Shown: positions 1 to 9,007 of the stretch, piece by piece
How positions within the stretch are numbered: the first letter of the stretch is position 1
Layout: every line of letters begins with the position of its first letter
From: Methanobacteriota archaeon
Lineage (GTDB): Archaea; Thermoplasmatota; Thermoplasmata; RBG-16-68-12
NCBI GenBank assembly: GCA_005878615.1
Contig: VBLT01000106.1
Location: forward strand, 1-47,498
Direction: 5' to 3'
Length of the DNA: 47,498 nucleotides
Notes under the pieces: model-generated
Seen by the model: only the letters and a program-made list of their open reading frames with translations
Databases searched by the model: none
What the model was told of the DNA's origin: nothing
Position numbers and translations under genes: made by a program

Positions 1-80
1 AGAACATTCGATGTGTGCCCACGCGGAAACCAAGCGCAATGGCGTGTCATATAGTTCACGGGGGCGGCCCGTGCTCCCGC

Positions 81-93
81 AAGAGTTCATATT
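81..93 (+). promoter_or_regulatory. putative BRE/TATA promoter of tRNA-Ala
   Basis: AAGAG-TTCATATT about 26-33 nt upstream of the tRNA 5' end. Confidence 0.5.
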
Positions 94-118
94 CCACACG
101 AGGATACATCGGGCTCGC

Positions 119-191
119 GGGCCGGTAGATCAGCTGGAAGATCGCTATCTTGGCATGGTAGAGGCCGTGGGTTCAAATCCCACCCGGTCCA
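119..191 (+). tRNA. tRNA-Ala(GGC), no encoded CCA
   Basis: Cloverleaf: acceptor GGGCCGG/CCGGTCC with G3-U70, D-stem GATC/GATC, anticodon arm CTATC-TTGGCAT-GGTAG, T-arm GTGGG-TTCAAAT-CCCAC, discriminator A. Confidence 0.97.
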
Positions 192-264
192 CTTTCCCTC
201 GGTCCATACCTGCCTATTGCATGCTATAGAAACCCATAAGTACGTGCGTGCGCGTGTCCGCTTC

Positions 265-486
265 GTGGCCGCAACTACGATCCAGCTCAGCCACGAAATG
301 AAGAAAACCCTCGAAGGGATGAAGCTGCACCCCCGCGAGACCTACGAGGACGTCCTCGAGAGGCTCCTCGAGGATCTCCAAGAGCTGAACGAGCAAACCA
401 AGAGGGAAATTGAGCAGGCCGTCCGCGATATCAAGGCGGGCAAATACCGGACCCACCAGCAACTCAAGGATGAACTGGGTTTCTGA
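265..486 (+). CDS. antitoxin of RelBE-type type II TA pair
   Basis: GTG start, 73 aa, TTIQLS...ETYEDVLERLL N-terminus typical of archaeal antitoxins; TGATG overlap with toxin. Confidence 0.8.
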   Translation: MAATTIQLSHEMKKTLEGMKLHPRETYEDVLERLLEDLQELNEQTKREIEQAVRDIKAGKYRTHQQLKDELGF

Positions 487-740
487 TGGCCTTCGAGATC
501 ATCTGGTCCGAGCCGGCCATTCGTCAACTGAGGAAGCTCGATCGAACGGTCGCCCGCCGGATCTTCAATAAGGTCGGGGAACTCGCGGACAATCCCCATC
601 GACTGGTCCAAAGGCTCGTGAGCTCTCCTTATTACCGGGTTCGAGTCGGGGACTATCGCGTAATCCTCGACATTCAGCAGCGTCTCCTGCGAATTCTCGT
701 CCTCAAAGTAGGACACAGGGGATCGATCTACGACAGATAG
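486..740 (+). CDS. relE: RelE/ParE family toxin
   Basis: 84 aa, YRVRVGDYRVI and KVGHRGSIY motifs. Confidence 0.92.
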   Translation: MAFEIIWSEPAIRQLRKLDRTVARRIFNKVGELADNPHRLVQRLVSSPYYRVRVGDYRVILDIQQRLLRILVLKVGHRGSIYDR

Positions 741-786
741 GCGGGATGGAGTCGGTTTGAGATCGGACTTCGATTCTGGAGCCGGC

Positions 787-807
787 GGTCCAAATTCGTC
801 CCGATCT
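787..807 (+). repeat. degenerate copy of tRNA-Ala 3' end, inside a hairpin at 759-808
   Basis: GGTCCAAATTCGTCCCGATCT, 15/21 match to tRNA 170-190. Confidence 0.35.
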
Positions 808-833
808 CCCTCATGAGGTGGCCGTCGGGCAGC

Positions 834-1880
834 TCAGAGAGGGACATCGCTGTTCGACCAACGGACCTCCTTCCGCGCCGATTGGATGGGCATGCCGGAG
901 ACCTCCTCTTCGACGGCTTCTTTGACGTCGGTTTCCAACGGTCGCCACATCCGCACCGTGACTCGGCCCACCTGACGACGCCACGTCCCAACAAGCTCAC
1001 CGTTCACCAGGAGCGCACCCGGCCACACGGACTTGGGCCATAACTCGGATCGAGCTCGTGGCTCCGGCACGAGTAGTGCCCGGTCTGGGGACGCAAGATA
1101 CGGGTCTCCGGCCGGCAGCAAGCGTACCGTTTCGACGGGCCCCGCGCGTTCCAAAGTAGATCGGTCGGCACGAAGAGCCCACCGATTCCGACCGCCGAGT
1201 TCAACCTCGGTCAGTTCCGTTTCGAGAGACCGAAAGGTCTGCTGCGCGTCCGAGAGCTCCCCGCGTGTGGTTGCACCAAAGGATCCGGCCCACCCGCCCG
1301 ACCACCAGGCAAATTCCTCCGGCGTCGAAGGCCCGACCGACCGCAGGAACCGACGTGCGAGCTCGAGGCGAGCGGGTTCCGGCGCCTCGGTCGGAGGGTC
1401 GACCAGCCACCAGGATGTCGTGGCTCCATCCCACTCGATCCTCAACGAGCCCGTGATCGAGGCGATTCTCAATTCGCGGAAATTCACTCCGAGGGCTCGA
1501 TCGGAAAGCGCCCGATCCGGCCGAATCTTTCGGATTCGGAAGGCGCGTTTCGCCTTTTCGGCGGCGGCTCGCACGGACGCTCCCAGGACGGGATCGCGAG
1601 GGAACCGACCTAGCGTAAACACGGCCACATCGTGTCGGGGTACGACATACACGGCACCGCGAGGGCCCCATAGTTGGGCGAACCGGGGATCCTTCCATGC
1701 GGATGGGGATACGTCTTTCACGCGCGCGTGGAGCGCCAACACGGCCGATCGCGGAGCGCTGTCTTGGAGTCCTGCGAACGCGGCCTCGACGAGCCGGCCC
1801 GGCGGTAGGCGCCGGTGCAGAAACGTCGCACGTTGCCGGAACGCAAGCACATTCTCGCGGGTGATTGAAGCGATGGCCAT
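834..1880 (-). CDS. winged-helix (HTH_42) AlkZ/YcaQ-like DNA glycosylase family protein
   Basis: GLQDSAPRS, LARRFLRSVGPSTPEEFAWW, VRLLPAGDPY, GALLVNGELVGTWR motifs; ATG at 1880. Confidence 0.8.
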   Translation of the reverse strand: MAIASITRENVLAFRQRATFLHRRLPPGRLVEAAFAGLQDSAPRSAVLALHARVKDVSPSAWKDPRFAQLWGPRGAVYVVPRHDVAVFTLGRFPRDPVLGASVRAAAEKAKRAFRIRKIRPDRALSDRALGVNFRELRIASITGSLRIEWDGATTSWWLVDPPTEAPEPARLELARRFLRSVGPSTPEEFAWWSGGWAGSFGATTRGELSDAQQTFRSLETELTEVELGGRNRWALRADRSTLERAGPVETVRLLPAGDPYLASPDRALLVPEPRARSELWPKSVWPGALLVNGELVGTWRRQVGRVTVRMWRPLETDVKEAVEEEVSGMPIQSARKEVRWSNSDVPL

Positions 1881-2134
1881 CGTAGGCGCTGGGCGCCTGA
1901 ACGGGATCGGGGCCTTAAGCAACCCGTGCTCTCCCGAGGATTTCCCGGCCGAGATCGGCCCCCCGGCTCCTAACGCTGCATGACTCGACAAACGGCCCAG
2001 AGGTCCCTGGTCTCCGAGGCTTGAGAAAGGACATCCCGAACAGTCTTTCTCGAGGGGGTCGACCGGCCGTTTCAGCAAACGCTTAAGCGCACCGGCCGAT
2101 TCGGGCGCACCTTCCTCCCAATCGATGTGAGAAC

Positions 2135-2833
2135 ATGGGAATGATTGAACTCAAGAGCCCCGAAGGCAAGGTCCCAGGATTCTTGTCCGTCCCGAAGAAA
2201 GGCAGCGGACCGGGCGTCCTGGTCCTCCACGCATGGTGGGGTTTGACGGATTTCTTCAAGGGCCTCTCCGACCGGCTCGCAAGCGCCGGGTTCGTCGCTT
2301 TTGCTCCCGACCTGTATCGCGGGGCGACCGCGTCAACGAGGGAGGAGGCGAAGAAGCTGCTCGCGAAACTCGACGACGAAAGAGCCCGCCGGGACGTTGT
2401 CGGGAGCGTGAGAGGCCTCCAGAGCCATCCGGCGGTGCGGGGAAAGAGGCTCGGTGTCGTTGGGCTGTCCCTCGGAGCGTTCTGGTCTCTTTGGTTGGCC
2501 CAGGAGCTCCCTGGGGATTTGGGTGCAATCGTCCTCTTCTACGGGACTCGAGAGGGCGACTACGATCAGACAAAGCTGTCGAAGGCACAGGCGGCCTTCC
2601 TCGGTCACTTTGCCGAGACCGACGAGTTTGAATCCGCCGCTTCGGTGCAGGGTCTCGAGAAGCTCCTCCGCACCCTTGGGAAGGACGTCACGTTCCACAC
2701 GTACTCCGGGACGACACACTGGTTTTTCGAAAACGACCGACCGGACGCGTACAATGCTGGCGCGGCCAAGATCGCCTGGGAGAGAACGATTCGGTTTTTG
2801 ACGACCCAGCTGCCCGGCGAACTCCGAGGTTGA
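2135..2833 (+). CDS. dienelactone hydrolase family alpha/beta hydrolase
   Basis: VLVLHAWWGL, APDLYRG, GLSLG nucleophile elbow, HWFFENDRP, AWERT. Confidence 0.9.
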   Translation: MGMIELKSPEGKVPGFLSVPKKGSGPGVLVLHAWWGLTDFFKGLSDRLASAGFVAFAPDLYRGATASTREEAKKLLAKLDDERARRDVVGSVRGLQSHPAVRGKRLGVVGLSLGAFWSLWLAQELPGDLGAIVLFYGTREGDYDQTKLSKAQAAFLGHFAETDEFESAASVQGLEKLLRTLGKDVTFHTYSGTTHWFFENDRPDAYNAGAAKIAWERTIRFLTTQLPGELRG

Positions 2834-2854
2834 GGTTCGGATCCCACCCGGTCC
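2834..2854 (+). repeat. direct repeat of tRNA-Ala 3' end (att-like)
   Basis: GGTTCGGATCCCACCCGGTCC, 19/21 match to tRNA 170-190; abuts the stop codon of the upstream gene. Confidence 0.85.
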
Positions 2855-3002
2855 CCTTCATCACGAGGCCACATTGCAGTTCAAAGGGGAACATCGCCTG
2901 TTTCACCGACCCGATTTGACACGACTTTCTTTTATCATCGTAATGTGAATGACTTCAGCGTAGATTCTTCTAGGCTTGCGAAGTCGCAGATGCGGACGCC
3001 CG

Positions 3003-4289
3003 ATGGCTCGCAAACCATTCGCTTCTTCACAACCCACCCACAACTCCGCCTCGCAGCGCGAAGCTCACCTCCTCCTGATTGGGGCGAGCTATCGGACGTG
3101 CAGCCTGGAGGACCGCGATCGGCTCCAGCGTAAGTCACGACACATCGTGGTTCCGACGAGTTCCGACCACCACGCACCTTGGTCCGACGTCGTCCTTCTC
3201 GCCACGTGCAATCGCGTCGAAGTCTACGTCCTCACCAAATCACCGAACCTTGTGTCGCACCGCATGCGAAAATCCCTCGGCGTTTCCAGTAACGATCAAT
3301 CCCTGTATGTCTTGGACGCCGAGGATGCGGCGGCGCACCTCATCCGGGTTGCGAGCGGACTGGACTCGGTCGCGGAAGGCGAGCAGCAGGTGACCGAGCA
3401 GGTCCGAAACGCTCCCAAGCAACTCCCGTCCCCATCCGCGGACGAGCGTCCTCTTGAGGACCTCTTCTTGCGAGCGGCCAAGATCGCGCCTCGGATCCGC
3501 AGGCTGGCCGGAGTCCGTCCCGAAGACGCGTCGGCGAGTCACGCGGCCATTCGATTCCTGCAGGCCGCGGTGCCGGTGGAGAATCCAACCGTCGCCTTGA
3601 TCGGGACCGGGAAGATGGCCCGCATTGCCGCGCAGGCACTCCGAGGACGTGCCCGGGTCGAAATTCTGAATCGAGATGTCGCGCGCGCCCGACAGTTGGC
3701 GAAAATCCTGAATGGCGAGGCGGTTCCGTTGAGGAAGCTATCCCAGGTCCTCGCCGAAGCCGACGTCGTGGTCGCCGCAACGGCATCTCAAGCTCCCCTC
3801 GTCACGGCTCGCGGCCTCCGTGCCGCCATGCATCGTAGGGACGGTCGACCGATCTGGTTGATCGATCTGGGATTCCCGCGAAACGTGGATCCGACGTGCC
3901 GAAGCCTCGCGGGCGTTCACCTCCTCGACCTGGACAGGCTGGCGCCATGGGGCCGATTTTCCTCTTCGCCAACGGCGCAAGCCCGGGTCGAAGCCCGGAT
4001 TCGAGAGGAAGCGGAACGAATGGTCGAGTCGTTGCGACCGACCGCGTCCGCAGACGTCGCTTCCTTTCGAAAGACCGCGGAGGCCCTCCGACGACAGGAG
4101 GTTGCGGAGGCCTTGGGCCGTTTGCCCGAGCTCTCCAAGGAGGGGCAGACCGTCGTGGATCGGCTTGCGACCCGGCTCGTGAATCGCCTGTTGCACGCCC
4201 CCACTCGACACCTCTACGCCCTCCCGGAGGGCCGGCGCAAGGAACTGATCCGGGAGATGGTCTCGGGCCTCCAGGGAGGCTCCGGATGA
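3003..4289 (+). CDS. hemA: glutamyl-tRNA reductase
   Basis: TCNRVE catalytic motif, VASGLDS..GE.Q, GTGKMA Rossmann motif, IDLGFPRNVD; start could be TTG 2976. Confidence 0.92.
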   Translation: MARKPFASSQPTHNSASQREAHLLLIGASYRTCSLEDRDRLQRKSRHIVVPTSSDHHAPWSDVVLLATCNRVEVYVLTKSPNLVSHRMRKSLGVSSNDQSLYVLDAEDAAAHLIRVASGLDSVAEGEQQVTEQVRNAPKQLPSPSADERPLEDLFLRAAKIAPRIRRLAGVRPEDASASHAAIRFLQAAVPVENPTVALIGTGKMARIAAQALRGRARVEILNRDVARARQLAKILNGEAVPLRKLSQVLAEADVVVAATASQAPLVTARGLRAAMHRRDGRPIWLIDLGFPRNVDPTCRSLAGVHLLDLDRLAPWGRFSSSPTAQARVEARIREEAERMVESLRPTASADVASFRKTAEALRRQEVAEALGRLPELSKEGQTVVDRLATRLVNRLLHAPTRHLYALPEGRRKELIREMVSGLQGGSG

Positions 4290-5212
4290 ACCCGCCCTTC
4301 CGGGTCGGTACCCGCGGGAGCCCCCTCGCACTGGCCCAGACGCAGGAGGTCGTGGACCGACTCCTCGCCGTACAGCCGGACGTACGAACCGAGACGGTCG
4401 TGATCCGCACGCAGGGCGACGAGTCCTATCGAGAGGACCTCGGCACGGCTCTCGACCGCAAGCGGGCTTTCACGAAGCGGCTTGAGGAGGCTCTGTTGGA
4501 CGACCGAATCGATTTCGCGGTCCACAGCCTGAAGGATCTACCAACGGAAACGGTTGAAGGAGTTGTCATCGCGGCGATCCCACCGCGGGGAGATCCGAGA
4601 GACGCGTTTGTCGCTCGGGAGCACTTGACGCTCGAGGACTTAGGCCCGGGCGTCCGGGTCGGGACGAGCAGCCTCCGCCGACGCGCGCAACTGTTGTCCC
4701 GCTGGCCCGACCTCGAGGTCCGGGAACTCCACGGGAACGTTGGGACCCGCCTCGGCCGGCTCGATACGAGGGACTTCGATGCGGTCGTCGTCGCGGCCGC
4801 CGGACTCGGTCGTCTTCGCGTTGAGGATCGGCGGGTGACTCCTCTGCCGCCGGAAATCATGACCCCGGCTCCCGGTCAGGGGGCGCTCGCGGTTCAGGCG
4901 CGGACCGGAGATCGTCCCGTCCTGGAGCTCCTCTCCTCGATTGACCACCCGAGCACCCGGCGAACGACGGAGGCCGAGCGCGCCCTGAGCGCTCGCTTCG
5001 GGGTCGGATGCAATGTGCCGTTCGGGGCCCTCGCGACGGCGGAGGGCGGGATCTCGCTCCGGGCGGTGGTCGCCGACCGAGAGGGTCGGCGCGTCGTTCG
5101 GGCCGAGGAACAGGCGGTCGCCTCCCAATGGGACCGAGTCGTCGAATCGGTCTGGATGAAACTGGTTCAAGGCGGCGGCGATGAGCTGGTAACGGAGGAG
5201 GCATCGCCGTGA
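4286..5212 (+). CDS. hemC: hydroxymethylbilane synthase (porphobilinogen deaminase)
   Basis: GTRGSPLALAQ, AVHSLKDLP, GTSSLRR, GNVGTRL, PAPGQGAL, GCNVP. Confidence 0.96.
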   Translation: MNPPFRVGTRGSPLALAQTQEVVDRLLAVQPDVRTETVVIRTQGDESYREDLGTALDRKRAFTKRLEEALLDDRIDFAVHSLKDLPTETVEGVVIAAIPPRGDPRDAFVAREHLTLEDLGPGVRVGTSSLRRRAQLLSRWPDLEVRELHGNVGTRLGRLDTRDFDAVVVAAAGLGRLRVEDRRVTPLPPEIMTPAPGQGALAVQARTGDRPVLELLSSIDHPSTRRTTEAERALSARFGVGCNVPFGALATAEGGISLRAVVADREGRRVVRAEEQAVASQWDRVVESVWMKLVQGGGDELVTEEASP

Positions 5213-5973
5213 GACATCCTCTCGATGGCGCTACGGTTCTCGTGGCTGCCTCGGAAGATCTCGTCGAAAGACTCGCTCACGCGGTGCGAGAACACGGAGG
5301 TCGCGCAATCCCCTTCCCCACCGTTCGTGTGACGCCGCCTCCGGATTTAAGAAAGCTGGACCAGGGGCTTAGGATGTGGCACCGTCTGGACTGCGTCGTC
5401 TTTACGAGCGCCCAGGGCGTCGAAGCGGTTGTCGAGAGAGCGCAGTCTCTGGGCCTGGACCTTTCCCGGTTCGCGGGCACCGTCGCGGTGGTTGGGCCCG
5501 CGACAGGGGCCGCCGCGGAAGCGGCCGGCTTTCCCGCATCAATCCTCCCGGAGGAGTTCCTCACGGATGCGATTCCGAACGCGCTCGGCGACGTCCGCGG
5601 CCAGACGATTTTCCTGCCCCGTTCGCGCCTCGCGCGAAAGGGCCTTGCGGAAGAACTCCGGGCCCGGGGGGCGAAGGTCCTCGAAGCGGACGCCTACGAT
5701 GCCGTGCCGGCGGAACCCGACCTCGCCTCCGTCCGGCGCGAGCGGAAGTTCGACTTCGTCCTGCTGACGAGCGCCTCCGCCGCGAACAACTTGGCAACCC
5801 TGCTGCCGGATGACCTGCGCAAGCGATTGATCGACGAAGCGGGCGCGGTGTGCATCGGCCCGATCGCCGCCGAGGCCGCACGCTCCTTGGGGTTCCGCGT
5901 GCGTGCCATCGCCCGGGAGCACACCGTGCCCGGCCTCGTTGAGTGCCTCCTCGAGGTCCAAGCCCATGGTTGA
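5209..5973 (+). CDS. hemD: uroporphyrinogen-III synthase
   Basis: VFTSAQGV, VGPAT, LTSASAA, CIGP motifs; operon position. Confidence 0.92.
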   Translation: MRHPLDGATVLVAASEDLVERLAHAVREHGGRAIPFPTVRVTPPPDLRKLDQGLRMWHRLDCVVFTSAQGVEAVVERAQSLGLDLSRFAGTVAVVGPATGAAAEAAGFPASILPEEFLTDAIPNALGDVRGQTIFLPRSRLARKGLAEELRARGAKVLEADAYDAVPAEPDLASVRRERKFDFVLLTSASAANNLATLLPDDLRKRLIDEAGAVCIGPIAAEAARSLGFRVRAIAREHTVPGLVECLLEVQAHG

Positions 5974-6958
5974 GCTCCCGCGTCCCCGACATCGACCTCG
6001 ACGCCTTCGGAGGAGCCCGGCCCTCCGGGCTCTTGTTCGCGAGACGTCCGTCGAGCCAGCCCGGCTCGTACAACCGCTCTTCATCCGCGAAAATCGGAGA
6101 GCGGGAGCCCGCATTCCGTCCATGCCTGGAATTCGTCGCCTGACGGTGGACGAAGTTCCGGCCGAGACCAAGGAACTCCTCGGGCTGGACGTTTCCGCCG
6201 TCCTCTTGTTCGGTGTCCCTGCAGAGAAGGACCCGCTTGGACAGGGAGCGTACGACGAGGACGGAGTCGTCCAGACCGCGATCCGCAACATCAAGGAGGT
6301 CAATCCCGACATCGTCCTCATGTCGGACGTCTGCCTGTGCGGCTACACCGATCACGGGCATTGCGGGGTGATTCGAGGCGGGGGCGTTGACAACGACGCA
6401 ACCGTCGAGCTCCTCGCGAAGACCGCCGTGAGCCATGCGCGTGCCGGTGTGGACATCGTCGCTCCGAGTGCGATGATGGATGGGCAGGTGGCGGGAGTCC
6501 GGGCGGCGCTCGACCGGGAGGGGTTCGAGGACACGGCGATCCTCGCGTATGCGGCGAAGCACGCCTCCGCGTTTTACGGTCCTTTCCGGGACGCGGCGGA
6601 TTCCGCTCCTCGGTTCGGGGACCGCCGCGGCTATCAGAAGGATCCTGCCAATCTCCGCGAATCGCTTCGCGAGATCGCCCTCGACCTGGAAGAGGGAGCG
6701 GACATCGTGATGGTGAAACCGGCGCTTCCCTACTTGGACGTGATCCGAGCGGCCCGGGAACGCTTCGATGCGCCGCTCGCGGCGTATGCGGTCAGCGGCG
6801 AGTATGCCATGATCAAAGCGGCCGCGGACCGGGGATGGATCGATGAACGGGCCGTCGTCGAGGAGACTCTGACGGCAATCCGCCGCGCCGGGGCGGACTT
6901 CATCTTGACGTATCACGCGAAGGACTTTGCGCGCTGGCGGGAAGAGGGATCGGCATGA
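5966..6958 (+). CDS. hemB: porphobilinogen synthase (Zn-type)
   Basis: DVCLCGYTDHGHCG, APSAMMDG, FYGPFRDAA, MVKPAL. Confidence 0.97.
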   Translation: MVELPRPRHRPRRLRRSPALRALVRETSVEPARLVQPLFIRENRRAGARIPSMPGIRRLTVDEVPAETKELLGLDVSAVLLFGVPAEKDPLGQGAYDEDGVVQTAIRNIKEVNPDIVLMSDVCLCGYTDHGHCGVIRGGGVDNDATVELLAKTAVSHARAGVDIVAPSAMMDGQVAGVRAALDREGFEDTAILAYAAKHASAFYGPFRDAADSAPRFGDRRGYQKDPANLRESLREIALDLEEGADIVMVKPALPYLDVIRAARERFDAPLAAYAVSGEYAMIKAAADRGWIDERAVVEETLTAIRRAGADFILTYHAKDFARWREEGSA

Positions 6959-7692
6959 CGGAGCTTCTTGGGGACGGGAGCGCCCGCGAATCGGAGGACG
7001 ACAACGAGCCACGGGAGTTCCTGAAGTATACGTTCTACAAGGTCCGTCCCGAATGGCGGCTCCTCGCCGCCGATACGAAGAAACAACAAAAGGCCGAGTT
7101 CTCGGCGCTCGTCCACGACCTCGAGGATGAAGTCAGCCTTCGGTGCTATGCCCTCCAGGGGATCCGAGCCGATACGGATTTCATGATCTGGGCTATCGAC
7201 CCGAAGCTCGAAACCTTCCGCGAGATGGCCCGTCGCATTGCGTCGACCGAGTTAGGGCACCAGGTGGACACCGCGTATGCCTATCTCGCCGCGAGCAAGC
7301 GTTCCCAGTACTTGGGTGGCCACGCCCATCCGGGGCAGGAGGGGCTCGTGACGAAGCCCGAACCGCTCGGGAGTCGATACTTGTTCGTCTATCCGTTCGT
7401 CAAGAAGCGCGAGTGGTACTCGGTCCCATTCGAGGAGCGGCAGAGGATCATGCGGGACCATTTCCGCATCGGACACCGATATCCGACCGTCAAGATCCAC
7501 ACCGCGTATTCGTTCGGCCTCGACGATCAGGAATTTGTCCTCTCGTTCGAGGCCGACGATCCTCTCGAGTTCCTCGACCTCGTCATGGAACTCCGTTCGA
7601 GCGAGGCGAGCAGATACACCGAGCGGGAGACACCGATCTTCACCTGCATCCTCTCGACGCCGGAACAGATGCTCGACGCCTTGGGGATCTGA
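6955..7692 (+). CDS. chdC: coproheme decarboxylase (chlorite dismutase family, HemQ)
   Basis: YPFVK (Y-P-x-x-K), WY, proximal H in MRDH, YSFGLDDQEF; embedded in heme operon. Confidence 0.85.
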   Translation: MTELLGDGSARESEDDNEPREFLKYTFYKVRPEWRLLAADTKKQQKAEFSALVHDLEDEVSLRCYALQGIRADTDFMIWAIDPKLETFREMARRIASTELGHQVDTAYAYLAASKRSQYLGGHAHPGQEGLVTKPEPLGSRYLFVYPFVKKREWYSVPFEERQRIMRDHFRIGHRYPTVKIHTAYSFGLDDQEFVLSFEADDPLEFLDLVMELRSSEASRYTERETPIFTCILSTPEQMLDALGI

Positions 7693-7693
7693 G

Positions 7694-9007
7694 ATGAGTT
7701 CGGATCGTGCCGGCGGGCCACCGGCTCCGAGGTCAGAAGGACTCTTCGAACGCGCCCAACGGAGCTTGGTCGGCGGCGTCGACAGCCCCGTGCGCGCTTT
7801 CCGGTCCGTCGGAGGCGCACCGCGATTTCTCGTCCGAGGGAAAGGGGCCTACATCTGGGACGCGGATCGGCGGAAGTATGTGGACTATTGCATGTCTTGG
7901 GGAGCCCTGCTATTCGGCCACGCGGATCCAGCGATTGTCCGTGCGGTTCGAGACGCGGCGGGACGGGGCACGAGCTTCGGGGCCGCCACGGAAGCGGAAG
8001 TCCGATTGGCCGAGGAAGTGAAGAAACGCTTCCGAAGCATCGACCTGCTCCGTTTCGTGAGCTCGGGGACAGAGGCAACGATGTCCGCCGTGCGGGTGGC
8101 CCGCGGTTTCACCGGCCGGGACAAGATCGTCGTGTTCGGGGGAGCCTATCATGGACATGCGGACGCGCTCCTCGTCAAAGCGGGGTCCGGCGTCGCGGCT
8201 GCGGAGTTGTCGGCCTCCGCGGGCGTCCCCCAAAGCGCGGTGCGGGACACGCTGGTGGCCGAGTACAACGACGTCGACTCAGTCGAGGATATCTTCCGAA
8301 CCCACCCGAACGAAATTGCAGCAGTCCTCGTCGAGCCCGTCGCCGCGAACATGGGACTCGTCCCTCCGGAACGCGGCTTCCTCAGCGACCTCCGACGAAT
8401 CACCCGGGACTTCGATAGCTTACTCGTGTTCGACGAAGTCGTCACGGGATTCCGGGTCGCGCCGGGCGGGGCCCAGGAGAAGTACGGGGTGACGCCGGAC
8501 TTGACCTGCCTCGGCAAGATCCTCGGCCACGGTTTGCCGGTCGGCGCCTACGGCGGACGGCGGGAGATCATGGAACGGGTCGCTCCCCTCGGACCGGTGT
8601 ACCAGGCCGGGACCCTCTCGGGCAATCCCCTTGCGATGGCCGCGGGTCTCGCGACCATGCGGGGGCTCCGACCGGACCTGTTCCGGCGGCTGGAGGAAGG
8701 GAGCGCTCGAGTTGCGGCGGGTTTGCGAGACGCCGCGTCCGAGGCCGCGGTGGACTTCCAGGTGCCCCGGGTTGGATCGATGCTGGGACTTTTCTTCCGG
8801 CCGGATCCGGTGCGGAACTTTGGGGACGCACGGGCGAGCGATGTTCGCGACTACCGCACCTTCTTCTGGTCGCTCCTGACGCGGGGGGTTTACCTCCCGC
8901 CCGCTCCGTTCGAGACGTTGTTCCTCTCTTCGACGCACGAAGGAAACGAAATCGAGCGCACGATCGAGGCCGCCTCGGCCGCGTTCGCGGAGGTCCGGAA
9001 CTCGTGA
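7694..9007 (+). CDS. hemL: glutamate-1-semialdehyde 2,1-aminomutase
   Basis: GGVDSPVRAF, SSGTEATMSA, FDEVVTGFR, LGKILG, YQAGTLSGNP. Confidence 0.97.
   Translation: MSSDRAGGPPAPRSEGLFERAQRSLVGGVDSPVRAFRSVGGAPRFLVRGKGAYIWDADRRKYVDYCMSWGALLFGHADPAIVRAVRDAAGRGTSFGAATEAEVRLAEEVKKRFRSIDLLRFVSSGTEATMSAVRVARGFTGRDKIVVFGGAYHGHADALLVKAGSGVAAAELSASAGVPQSAVRDTLVAEYNDVDSVEDIFRTHPNEIAAVLVEPVAANMGLVPPERGFLSDLRRITRDFDSLLVFDEVVTGFRVAPGGAQEKYGVTPDLTCLGKILGHGLPVGAYGGRREIMERVAPLGPVYQAGTLSGNPLAMAAGLATMRGLRPDLFRRLEEGSARVAAGLRDAASEAAVDFQVPRVGSMLGLFFRPDPVRNFGDARASDVRDYRTFFWSLLTRGVYLPPAPFETLFLSSTHEGNEIERTIEAASAAFAEVRNS

Noticed and set aside
11-229. 72-aa ORF
   Set aside because: It runs through the tRNA-Ala gene; spurious.
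2916-2944. Bacterial sigma70 promoter (TTGACA) upstream of hemA
   Set aside because: No good -10 element at 17 nt spacing; an archaeal TTTTAT box explains the region equally well.
6955-7692. Chlorite dismutase call
   Set aside because: The YPxxK motif and position in the heme operon favour coproheme decarboxylase.
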